Shown here: positions 26,215 through 38,096 of the stretch, piece after piece
Position numbering within the stretch: position 1 is the first letter of the stretch
Layout of the letters: each line of letters opens with the position of its first letter
NCBI GenBank assembly: GCA_963575745.1
Contig: CAUYUJ010000314.1
Span: 248,001 to 312,000, forward strand
Reading direction: 5' to 3'
Origin: Prorocentrum cordatum
Lineage: Eukaryota
DNA length: 64,000 nt
Notes under the pieces: model-generated
Database searches by the model: none
What the model saw: only the letters and a program-made list of their open reading frames with translations
What the model was told of the DNA's origin: nothing
Program-made: the position numbers and the translations under genes

Positions 26215-26613
26215 CAGTTCCCAGCACTCGAAGTCCTTGTCGCCAGCGCTGCGCCGGGCGTACTCCAGCAAGAAGCGCTTCCCGGTTTGGGGGGCAGCGA
26301 CTCCTTCGGGGCGCAGGAGCGCAGCGCAGACCAAGTTCGACAATTCCATCGAGGCGCTGCCTTTTTCCGAGGCGCTCGCCAGACATCAGCCCGTTTAATT
26401 GCGGCTTCTGGGGTTGCGTCAACCGCCGCCTCCGCAAGCAGCAGGAGGCCCTCGTGCTCGCCTGGTAAGAGGAAAGCCAGGGCCCATTTCGCGGCGCGCC
26501 TCAGGCGGGCTCTCCAGCGCGTGCCCGAGGCCATCTTGACTCCTCTGGTGAAGTCCATGGGCCGGCGCTGCAAGGCCCTCCAGCGCGTAAAGGGGAAGGA
26601 CTTCGAGGAGCGA
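26215..26613 (+). pseudogene. Tc1/IS630-like transposase C-terminal fragment, copy 2
   Basis: Near-identical to 24060-24460. Confidence 0.75.
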
Positions 26614-29323
26614 TGCCCTGCGCGCCCCGCGCGGCTGCCGACGCCGCGAACACGCGGCCTTCCGCTGGCGGCCCGCCGCCGAGGACACGGGGAACATGCG
26701 AAGTTCATGCCCAGTCGCCGCGGTGGGGCGCCGGGACTTCGGGCCAGCCGCCCACCAGCCGTTGAGTGTAATTTCTTGAGTTGTATTTTTCCCGACTGGC
26801 AGCCGATCTTGACGCGCGCTCGCAATGGCCTTCCCGGAGTAAACATCCTGTCGCAGGGCCCTTTTGCCCATCTAAGCGCTGGCGTGCTCAGCCGAGGCCT
26901 GTCGGCTCATCCGCGGTGGGCGCCCGACGGGCATGAGTTGGTGCGGAGTGACGTTGACCTCCTGTCAGCTATTTCCAGGCCGGCGCCAGGGCCGCGCTCG
27001 GGCTGCGCCTGGAGCGCGAGCGGCCGCCCCTGGGCCGCGCGGCGGACTTGCGCGGGCTCGGCGCGGCAGGCTCTGCCTGGGCGATGCTGGCGCGTGGCCT
27101 GCTCAGAGCAGCGGGCGGCGACAGGGCGGCCCCGCGCCCGCCGCGCTTGCATTTGCATCATTTGAAAACTCCAGTGCTATTTGAATACATATTTGAATAC
27201 CTATTTGAATACCTATATGAAAACTGCAGTTATATGGGGATTTGCATTTGCTACGCGCGAATAGTAGAATTCAAAAGAAGGTATTTTCTTTCTTTCTATT
27301 TTCAAGTTTCAAATCGGTTCCCCCCATATAACTGAAGTTTTCAAATAGGTATTCAAATAGGTATTCAAATAGGTATTCAAATAGTATTCCAATGTACTGG
27401 GAGTATTCAAATAGGCCAGATACAGGCGCCGCGCGCGCCCCGCCACCCCGTCGTCGCCCGGCGCGCCCTGCCCCGCTGCGCGGCCGCGTGCCAGCACCGG
27501 GCGACGTTCGGCACAGAGCTTGGGCAGTGCCCAGCGCAGCCAAGGGTGCGCCTGGCGATGCGATCACAGCGAGGGCCGCGCATGTCCTCGTCGCGGCCCA
27601 CGATCGGCCTGGCGCGGGCCAGGCGCGACGCGGGCTCGGCGCTGCTCGCCGGGCGAAGGCGAAGCCCAATATATTGTTCTGTTTTGCTTGCGCAGCGGAG
27701 GCAGCCCAGCGCAGCCCAGCTCAGGTCTGCGCGGCCCAATCCACCCGAGCTCAATATATTGCAGTCCCGTCCAGGTCAGCCCTGCGCAGGTGCGCCCAGG
27801 TCAGCCCAACTCGAACCAGCTGGGTCCAGCTCAGACATCAGCGAGGCGTGAACCCTTCGGTCCAGTGGCGGCTCGGCCCGGCTCCGGCTCGCACCCTGTT
27901 CGAAGCTCGGCAGTCGACCTTCGACCGAACGTCGACCCTGTACCCTTGATCATCCTCGCCATCATCCTTCCCCCAGTTCTCCGAGTCCCCCGCCCTCCGC
28001 GTCAGCCTTCACCCTGCAGGGGGATGACAAACGCAGTGGGCGGACAAAATATCGCAAGTTATATGATCGTTCCGAGAAACAAGATGACAATTTTGATCAT
28101 ATTCCATCGATATCCGAGGAGCTCCCCTTCCCCCGTATTTCAATGTTGACTTGCATTATTCTGTCCTCCCGGACTTGGGGTTCTCGCCCGATGCCAACAT
28201 TGAAATTTAGGGGGCGGGGGCGTTTTGTCGAGGTGGCGTCGCAATGTCGGCGCGGCCGTGCGCGGCCAGGAGCAACTTGCAACATTTCGTCGTCCCACCG
28301 TCCGATAGCCCTACAGCCCCATAGCCCCAGAGCCCCATAGCCCAATAGCCCCATAGCCCTATAGCCCCACAGCCCTGTAGCCCTATGGCCCTATAGCCCT
28401 ATAGCCCTGTAGACCTATGTAGCCCTATGGCCCTATGGCCCTATAGTTCCATAGCCCTATAGCCCCATAGCCCAATAGCCCCATAGCCCTATAGCCCTAA
28501 AAAGACTTTGATTGGGGCTTTTCTCCGGTATCATTCGACGGGTTGACTGTAGCTGTACTAGTATGCTCCCTGGATGCTGGGGGGTGGGCTGGCGTACCAT
28601 TTTTGGGCTACTTGGGCCTACTAGTCTTCAGTCGGGCCTTCCCCTCTAGGGAGGAACATTTAAAACAGTCAACAAATAGTCTGGGGAACAAATCTATTAT
28701 TCTTGATGATTGATTTTTTGATTTATGTTTTGACTAAAACCCGCCCGTAGGAGGACATGCCCGACCTAATACTAGTACGATCGGCGGAGAGGGCCTCAGC
28801 TTGAAACATCCTCACAATTCTGGCTCTAAGGGGGGGCCACTCGTAGGGATACCTTGGCGCACCAATGCGGGCCCGAGGGCCGAGCAAGGGCGCATCAGTG
28901 GGGCCATTCAGGCGTGGCACCACCCCGACCGGCGGCAAGGCTCACCGCTCGAGACATCCTCGCAATGCCGCCCCCGCGGGGGGCTGCCAGTAGGGCTTCT
29001 GTGGTGTACTGGTGCAGCCCCGGGATGCTGGGGGGTGGGTGGGGGGCTACTAGTAATCAGGGCGGCTCAGGCCTGCTGGTACGACCAGCGGAGAGAGTCC
29101 CTTGTTGAGACATCCTTGCAATTTCGCCCCGGCGGGGGCTAGTAGGGCTACTTTGGCGTACTGGTACAGATTGGTACGACCCCCCAAGGGGCCTAGCCGG
29201 GGCGCATAATAGTACGAGGGCAACTTGCGCCTACTAGTACGAACCCCCGGTTGTACCAATGAGCGTACTTAGGTCCTATTAGTAAGACTTCTTTCCGCCC
29301 GCGGGTCGTAGTAGTGTTTTTTT

Positions 29324-30436
29324 CCCAACCATCCTCCTGCGTTCGGTCCTCGTTTTGAAGAGAGCGCCCCGCGTCTCACTCCCTCCTCGCCCCTCCTCCT
29401 GCTGCTCTTCCTCCTTCTCCTCCTCCTCCTTCTCCTCCTCCTCCTCCTCCTCCCCCTCCACTTCCCTCCTTCCTCCTCCCAGCCTTGCTTCTGCCCTCCG
29501 CATGTTAACCATTACGGCACACCCCTCACTCGTTGTTTCGTGGCCCCATAGGTAGCTCCTCCGAAGGAGCCAGTGGCAAAGTTTGCATGCGGCTCCGCGC
29601 CCACCGCACGTCCATTTCGGCACGCCCCTCACACGGTTCGTGGCCCCATAGAGAGCTCCACCGAAGGCTCCGGTTGCAGAGTTTGCATGCGGCTCCCGCG
29701 CACATGTTTCGTGGCCCCATAAGGAGCTCCAGCGAAGGCCTTGGTTGCAACATTTGCATGTGCCTCCCTGCCTGCCGCATGTCCACTTCGGCACACCCCT
29801 CGCGCGTTTTGTAGCCACATAGGGACGGCCCCAGTGGCAAAATGTCATCGGGTGTCCATTTCGACACCCCCGTTACACGTTTCGTGGCCCCATCAGGGGG
29901 CTCCACCGAATGCCCCAGTGGCAAAGTTTGCATGCGGCTCCCTGCCCACCGCATGTCCATGTCGGCACGTCCCTCACACTGTTCGAGGCCCCATAGAGAG
30001 CCCCTCCGAAGGCGGCAGTGGTAGGATTCGCAGGCGGTTCCCCGTCCATTTCGGCACACCCCTCACACGCTTCGTGGCCTCGTAAGGGAGCTCCACCGAA
30101 GGCCCCAGTGGCAAAGTTCGCGTGCAGTTCCCCGTCCATGTCGGTACATCCCTCACTCGCTTCGTGGCGCCATGAGGAGCTCAACCGAAGGCTCCAGCGG
30201 CACAGTTTGCATGCGGCTCCCCGCCCATGTCGGCACACTCCTCACACGCTTCGTGGCCCATAGGGAGCTCCACCGCGTGACTCAGTGGCACGACTCGCAT
30301 GCGGCTCCCCGCCTATGTCGGCGCACTCCTCACACGCTTCGTGGCCCCATAGGGAGCTCCACCGAAAGCGGTGCCACAACGCGGTGCTCTCAACTGCATA
30401 TGGTTGGGTCTTTCGCCCGGATATTGCTTCTGCCTT
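29324..30436 (+). mobile_element. Family B element, older and more diverged copy (~9 x ~90-100-bp units)
   Basis: T-run|CCCAACCAT ... ATGGTTGGGTCTTTCG.CCGG, with GGCACACCCCTCACACG..GGAGCTCCACCGAA units. Confidence 0.8.
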
Positions 30437-30559
30437 GCGACCGGTGCCGCCGACCCTGAAGACGACGACGACGACGAATACGAGGAGGAGGAGGAGAAGG
30501 AGGAGGGGGACTAAGGTGGAAGGGAGCAGGAGAAGGCGAAGGAGATGTTCCCCATGTGG

Positions 30560-30970
30560 GCCGAGGGAGTCGTGGCAGAGACAGACAGGGAGCCTTGTGG
30601 CCTGCGGTCCTTCCCGCCATCCTGCTGGGGTTGTGGTTGAAAAGCCTCTTGGATGTTTTCGGGCCGGTTGTGGCCTCTGTTGGGCCTCTTGGGGATCTCA
30701 TGGGGGCCGTCTTGGGAGTGATCCTGGATGCTTCTGGGGGCGTCTTGCACGCCTCTTGACCCGTCTGGAAGCCGTGAAGGCGTCTTGGACAGATCGTTCG
30801 GCGATTCGGGGCACTCTTGGACCTTCTTGGGGGCGTCTTAGGGCACTCTTGGCGCGTCTTGGCGCTTTTTTGGCCTCCAGGACGCCCAGGGGCGGATGCG
30901 CATCTGACTACCCCCCCCCCAGGACCCCCTCCGGGACCCCCCCCCTTCGGCGGGGGAGGGATCAAAGGGA
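30560..30970. repeat. GGGGCCTCTT/GGCGTCTT-repeat element
   Basis: Same ~11-bp motif class as 14.8-15.4 kb. Confidence 0.5.
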
Positions 30971-31419
30971 AGGGGCTTCCCTTCGACTTACGTACGACGT
31001 TGCTACGGTTTTCTCTCGCTGGCAGGCCTGAAGAGGAGAGTGCAGGGAAAGTAGACGACGGAGACGCAGGGAAAGAGGACAACGGATGCGTCGATTGAGC
31101 GCACGCCGACAGGCGGCACACGCCGACAGGGTCGGCGGATTTTTGCGTGCTGGTGCGACCCCAGTCGTACTAGTAGGCGTCCTTAGGTCCTGCCAGCGTG
31201 ACTTCCCTGCGCCCGCGGGTCGAATTGGTAGGCTTTTCTGGGGGGCGTGATAGTACGACACCCCTGGTAGTACTGCAGGCTCAGAAGTAGTTGTCCAAAG
31301 CTACACTGAAGCCCCAACAACACACGAAATACAAAGAAAGCTTCTGCGCACGCGCGGCCCGAACGTCTCTCCCTGGGGTGATCCATTCCATCAGTTACAA
31401 TTTCGTCGATGAGGGTGGA

Positions 31420-31860
31420 TGGAGCCTGGTTTGGGCGATTCTGCTGAGGACGTCCTGAAGATCTACCTGGTTTGGCCCCTTGTGTGGCCTGGCTTGCCTT
31501 ACTTTGGCCTGGTTTGACCGCGCGCCCCGCCTGAAGCATCCTCAACATCTGCCTTGTTTGGCCCCTGGTTTGGCATGGTTTGGGCGAGGTTCCGCCTGAG
31601 ACGTTTCCACAAGTTGCCTGGTTTGGCCCTGGCATGGGCTGGTGTGTGCTTGGTTCCGATTGAGACCTCCTCACAAGTTGCCGCCTGGTGTGGCCCTGGT
31701 TTTGCCTGGTTTGGGCCCGGTTCCTCTTGAAAAGTCCTCACGAGTTGCATGGTTTGGCTTTGGTTTGGCCTGATTCGGGCCCGGTTCTGCTTAAGACCTC
31801 CTCACAGGCTGCCTGGTGTGGCCCTGGTTTGGACTGGTTAAGGCCCCGTTCGGTTTGAGA
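31420..31860 (+). repeat. Degenerate TGGTTTGGCCC minisatellite
   Basis: Recurrent CCTGGTTTGG(C/G)CC units. Confidence 0.7.
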
Positions 31861-32787
31861 AGTCTTCACACTTTGTGGTGGTGATTCGAACTGACATGCT
31901 GCAAAGAAGAACTCATCACCATTATCCCGGGCTGCGTTTTCTTCGACACTCAATGGGTAATCAACACAGTTCGTGGTGAGTTTTAAAAAGAAGCGAAGCA
32001 ATCGCACTGAGCAGTGGTAACCCACTGTGGTCCACGTATGGCACGACTGCGCTACGAAACGATGGGCGAAATGGTTGTGGAAATTCCCAACACGCTGTGG
32101 GTCGGCAGGGGCGCGCGTGGCGGCGTTAGGAGAAAACCTTTCCGAGCCGGGCCCTACTAGTGGGACTTCCCTCCACCCGCGGGTCGTACAAGTAGGCCAA
32201 CTTTGGCGTACTAGTAGGACCCCCGGGTCGTACGAACAAGCGTATTTAGGCCCTACTAGCGGGACTCCGCCGAGTCGTACCAGAAGGTCTAGGTAGGCCT
32301 AGTAGGACGACCTACCAGGGAAGCCACGCACTCTCTCGCCCAGGCGTGCTTCGTGCCCAGTGTTTACGCGCGTGCAATCGGATGGCCACACCCAGCTCGC
32401 TGATCACCCCAACACCAGCCTGGCGCGAGAACACCCGAAAATGAAAACGTCAAGACTCACATACTTCCGAAATCCTCTGGAAGCCTCCGAACCTCCAGAA
32501 ACCTCCAAGCCTCGGAAAGCTCCAGTGACGATGTAAGAGTACTTGTCAGAAACCCTCCGAAGCCTCCGCGCGCGTTGGAGAGCGGCCGACCAGCAAGACG
32601 CTGGCGGGGCGGGAGGCGTGCAACGATAGCCTCATCTACCTCGACGGGGCGGGAGCTGGGGTGGGCTGGCGCCGCGGATCCGCAGAGGGCTCCCAGTTTC
32701 CATCGTCGTCGGCGTCGTCGTCGTTGACGCTGTGGTCGCCGTCAATGTCGTCGGCGTCGTCGTTGTCTCCGCCGCCTCCGCCGCCGT

Positions 32788-32847
<60 letters not shown>

Positions 32848-34282
32848 GGCTTCCCATCGCCACGGCTGGACGCGGCTCGAACAAGCACCCAGGATGGAGC
32901 CGAGGCCCAGATAAACGGACTGTGGTCAGACGGCCAAGAGTGTTGGCGCCAAATCGTATGACAACCTGGGCCGATTTGACGTCATTTGCCTTATGAGCAG
33001 TGATATTTCTATGGGGCGCTCTACATGGCTTCGAAGGAATGAGAAAGGTTCGTGGATATCCGTTATTGTCTTGGTACTTCAGGGGTGAAACTCCACGGCT
33101 GGTGCCCATTGATGTTTGAATGTTTATGCGATATTTGTCTCTCTCTCTCTCTCTCACACACCTTGGTGCCCCATGGGTTGTGCTATGTGGCTGGTGCTCG
33201 ATGGTGCCTCCATTGTTGCGGTCTCTGGTCTCTGTCCTGGTGCTTCCTGGGCGGTGCTCTTTGAATTGGCTGGCGCCCTGTGAGGCCTCCATGGTGGCGA
33301 TGCCTCCTCCTTGCCCTTGGTGTGTCCATGGGTCGTGCTCCAAGGATGGTGCCCTGCGCTGCCTGACTGGCTGCAGCGTCTTGCTCTTTGCCGCAATGCA
33401 CGGTGGGCGGCGCCGTGCGCCCACAGGGCCCCACGCTGCCGTCGTGGCAGCAGTAATTACCGTCTCCCCGCCTTGGGGCGCCCTGGTGGGTGGTGTCTTG
33501 CGGCGGATGCCCCACGGCGCCCCAGGTGCTGCGATGCCTCGTTTCTTTGTTTGGTTCGTCTGGTGCCCAGTGGGCGGTGTTTTTTTTGGCAGATGCCCAG
33601 TGACGCCTCAGGCTGATGCCCCATGGCGCCCCAGTTGTTGCGATGTCTCTTTTTTTTGCGTCTGGTGCCCAGTGGGAGATATATACTTTTTTGGCAGGTG
33701 CCCGTGAATGTGTACCCCCTCCCCTCTCCTTTTCTTCTTCCTCATCCTCCTCCTCCTCCTCCCTCGCCCCCACATTCTACACAAACTGTCGCCTTTGGTT
33801 GAATAAGAGATTGTCCACGCTGCGTTTGGCCGAACCTGTGCTAGATTCTTCGTTTGCCCTCCAGGGGACCGCTCGAGCACCGGCGCTGGAACGCAGACCG
33901 CCTTGCCTTGCCGAACCATAGGCGTGTTCGGCACGCTCGTGTCGCTTCGAAGCGGCGGCGATCGGCCGATCTTCCGCGATTCGCGGTCGTTCAAGGTTGT
34001 TCGCTCTGTCGCGAGCGCGATGATAACCGCTGGGCTGCGGTTGCCGTTGCTGCCCTCGCCCCACCCCTCGCTCTGCGCGCCGCCGATCCCTCGCGCTCGG
34101 GCCGCGGGAATGCTGGGGCGCAGGTATGTTCCAGAGCGCCGTCCCGAGGGGTTGGCCCACTGTGTCCAACGCACAGCCAAGGGCACTCGCGCTCACGCTC
34201 CTCCTCGGGTGGAAGACGAGGGGGGAGAAGGGGAGGAGCAGAGAGGGGGGGGTTCGGGTTGGGGGAGGGGTCAGGAGGAGGG

Positions 34283-34305
34283 AGATGATATCGATGATGA
34301 TGATC

Positions 34306-34344
<39 letters not shown>

Positions 34345-35132
34345 CTGATGATGATGATGATGCTGATGCTGCTGCTGATGATGATGATGATGGAGAGGAA
34401 GATGAGGATGGAGAGGAGGATGAGGATGATGATGCTGCTGCTGATGATGATGATGATGGTGATGATGATGGTGATGATGATGATGGTGATGATGATGATG
34501 ATGATGGAGAGGAGGCTGATGATGAGGATGATGACGATGCTGATGATGCTGATGCCGATGCTGATGATGATGCTCATGCTGATGCTGCTGATGATGTTAC
34601 TGATGCTGCTGATAATGATGATGATGCTGATGATGAAAGATGATGATGCTGCTGATGATGCAGATGATGACGATGATGATGCTGATGATGAGTATGATGA
34701 TGCTTATGATGATGATGATCATCATGATGATTATGATGCTGCTGCTGCTGATGATGCTGATGCTGATGCTGATGCTGATGCTGATGCTGATGCTGCTGAT
34801 GATGTTGATGATGATGGTGGTGATGATGATGATGATGATGATGGTGGTGGTGATGATGATGCTGATGCTGCTGTTGATGATTCCGATAACGATTATGATG
34901 CTGCTGCTGATGATGATGCTGCTGATGATGCTGATGCTGATGCTGATGATGATGGTGGTGATGATGCTGATGCTGATGCTGATGCTGATGATGATGGTGA
35001 TGATGATGATGCTGATGATGATGCTGCTGCTGATGATGCTGATGGTGATGATGATGATGGTGATATTGATGCTGCTGCTGATGATGATAATGATGATGCT
35101 GATGATGCTGATGATGATGATGATGATGATGC

Positions 35133-35179
<47 letters not shown>

Positions 35180-35204
35180 CTGCTGCTGCTGCTGTTGCTG
35201 CTGC

Positions 35205-35237
<33 letters not shown>
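34283..35237. repeat. (GAT/GCT)n microsatellite
   Basis: Direct inspection. Confidence 0.95.
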
Positions 35238-36119
35238 GAGTTTTCCTCCCCCTGCCCTTTGGGTTTGAAAAGCCCAAGCATCGGCGCAACATCGTGTCAG
35301 CAGGGGGCCTGTGGTGGACCTGAGCACCCCAGGATCCCCTGACCGTGAACTCGAAGCGGCTGAGCGAGCCCGTGAAACACGACCGAGGCGCGCGCCGCGC
35401 GCCCCCGCAGTGCCTTCAGCGGCCGCGTCGCCTGGCCGCTGCGCCAGCGGAGCACCCAGCACGCCACCCCCCTTCAGGTCGAGCACCACGACGCCCGCCG
35501 CTCACGCCTGGCCGTTGCCAACGCGTCCCGCTGAGCATGCGACGGAGGCGTGGCGCGCGGCAGTTGGCCTGCCCTGGCCGGTGGTGGCCCCCCTCTGCAG
35601 AGCGGGCCTTCGCGCGGCCAGGGCAAAGCAGGACCGAGCATCGGAGCGATGGGAAGCGACACCAGCACCACCAGGGGGGCCACCTCCAGCGTGGTGGTCC
35701 CCACCGCTCAGGCGGAGCCCCACGCTTTCGGCACAGTGGGGGGGGGGACGCTCGGGCCCAGCCGCGGGGCAGGCGGCAGAAGCGGCGCCGGCGCGCCCGC
35801 CTGGCCCAGCACGGCAGCCCAGCGGGCGAGCGACACCAGAAAGGGCGCGGCAGGCGGTGGCAGGCCCGCGGCTCTGCGCGCCGCGCCGCGGCGCCATGCG
35901 CAGCATCTCAGGACGCCAGGTGGGTGCAGGGCGGACCCGCAGGGATCCGCCGCGACCATGCGGCGGCGCCGCCCGGCAGCGTCGCGGAGCCCCGCACGAT
36001 AGCGGGCCGCGAGCGCCCGGCGGTCGCCCAGGCAGGACGGGCGGGCGCCTGCGGGCGAGGAGGGGAGGGGCGAACGAGGGAGGAGGAGACGGGGGGGCGG
36101 GATGAGAGGACGGCGATAA

Positions 36120-36376
36120 AGACGCCGATGACGTGTATGTTAAAGTTGGGGATGATGGTGATGTGTTGATGGTCATGATGAGCATGATGATCATGGTGCT
36201 GTTGATGCTGATGATGGTGATGCTGATATTATTGCTGATGCTGATGCTGATGCTGCTGATGATGCTGATGCTGATGCTGATGTTGGTTATGGTGGTGATG
36301 CTGATGATGCTGATGATGATGGTGGTGGTGGCGGTGGTAGCGGTGGTGGTGGTGATGATGTTGATGCTGCTGGTGT

Positions 36377-36444
<68 letters not shown>

Positions 36445-36734
36445 CTGATTATGCCGATGATGACGGTGATGATGATGATGCTGATGAGAAGGAGGGGCAT
36501 GAGCATGAGGCTGATGATGAGGATGATGCTGCTGCTGATGATGATGATGATGATGATGATGATGAGGAGGAGGAGGAGGAGGAGGAGGAGGGGGAGGAGT
36601 ATAATGATGATGGTGACGGTGATGCTGATGATGCTGGTGATGAGGATCATGATGCTGCTGATGATGATGCTGGTCGTGGTGATGATGTTGCTGATTATGG
36701 TGATGCTGCCGCTAATTATGCTGGTGATGATGAT

Positions 36735-36777
<43 letters not shown>

Positions 36778-37555
36778 CTTAGGTTGATGATGGAATTACG
36801 GATGGATGGGCATTAATGATGATGGTAATGATGGCGATCATGATTATGACGGCACTGATTTTTGAGGGCGATGACGACGACTTCACGAATGTGGTGATGA
36901 CGGTGATGACGACAGTGACGTTTAGGGTGATGACGGTGCGGAAGGGGAGTAGAAGGGGGAGGGGGAGGGCGAAGGTGAGGAGGAGCATGAGGAGGAGGAG
37001 GAAGGTGAGGAGGAGGACGAAGGAGATGAGTTCGAGAAGGGGGAAGATGAGGGGGAGGAAAGCCTGAAGGAGGAGGAGGACGGACACGACCCTGAAGCAA
37101 GCAGCGAGCGTCAGCCTCGGGAGGAGGACGAGGCCGAGGACGAGGACGGCGCCGGCGAGGGTCGGCGACGTGGGGAGGGCGAGGTGCGCCTGAACGCGGC
37201 GTTCCGGTCGATGCCCACGCGGACGCAGGATGCCGCCGCGCCGCGCTCGGTGGGGCGCGCTGCGGCCCCTCTCGCCGTGGGCTGCCGCTGCTGCCCCTGC
37301 TGTGGACGTCAGGCAGGCTGCAGGAGCACTGCCTGTCGCGTTCTTCTGCTGCTGCCCTTCCTCCTCCTCCTCCTCCTCCTCCTCCTCCTCCTCCTCCTCC
37401 TCCTTCGTGTCCACTTCGTTCGCCTCCTCCGCCTCCTCCTCCCTCTTCTCCCGTCTCCTCCCCCCCTCTCCATGATGATGATGACGATGCTGATGACGAC
37501 GATAATGATGATGATGCTGATGCTGATGCTGATGCTGATGCTGATGATGATGATT

Positions 37556-37592
<37 letters not shown>

Positions 37593-38005
37593 GGATGATA
37601 ATGATGAAGCAGTTGATTATATATGATGATGATGCTGATGATGATGATGATGATGATGAGGAGGAGGAGGAGGATGAGGAGGCGGAGCAACTGGCTTGAT
37701 TTAAGGCGAAAATAGGTTGAGTCGGTTGAGTGTTTTTATGTTTTTTGATGGTTTTTGATGCCGACGACGATTGTAATGATGGTGGCTATCAAATCGTAGT
37801 GCTGATGGTGGTGGCGATGGTGATGGTGATGATGGTGGTGCTCATCACATCCAGAATCACCATCATCACCATCACCATCATCACCATCACAACCGCCCTC
37901 ACCATACCATCATCACCATCCCCATCATCATCATCATCCTCATCATCATCATCATCATCAGTATCATCATCACCATCCATACCATCAGCATCGCCATCAC
38001 CATCG

Positions 38006-38050
<45 letters not shown>
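36120..38050. repeat. (GAT)/(GAG)/(CCT)/(CAT) low-complexity region with short unique islands
   Basis: Direct inspection. Confidence 0.85.
37184..37228 (+). CDS. Candidate 45-nt host exon (VRLNAAFRSMPTRTQ)
   Basis: AG|G acceptor, CAG|GA donor, 15 codons, in a unique island amid microsatellite. Confidence 0.25.
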
Positions 38051-38051
<1 letters not shown>

Positions 38052-38056
38052 TAGGA

Positions 38057-38067
38057 CTTGGCTCAAG
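38057..38067 (+). other. DinoSL 3' relic upstream of the transposase ORF
   Basis: TTGGCTCAAG equals the last 10 nt of DinoSL and ends 30 nt before the ATG. Confidence 0.65.
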
Positions 38068-38096
38068 CGGACCGCGGACGACGACATTATTAAATA

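Larger units (their letters stand above)
23702..28305 (-). mobile_element. A-X-A-X-A tandem element (period 2153-2155 bp)
   Basis: A 267-bp block A at 23726, 25881 and 28034 has imperfect 27-bp inverted ends. Near-identical ~1.89-kb X blocks lie between. Outer ends are TCGGA and hairpin+CTAG on the minus strand. Confidence 0.85.
28550..32310. repeat. TACTAGT/CCCGCGGGTCGTA-motif dispersed repeat, fragmented by insertions
   Basis: Motif clusters at 28550-29315, 31160-31280 and 32140-32310. Confidence 0.5.

Noticed and set aside
32850..34200. ORFs in unique-looking islands
   Set aside because: No recognisable motifs or convincing splice-bounded frames.
33777..38050. Poly-M/H/I/D/S ORFs (also at 1-2.3 kb, 7.9-8.3 kb and 20.7-23 kb)
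   Set aside because: Translations of triplet microsatellites.
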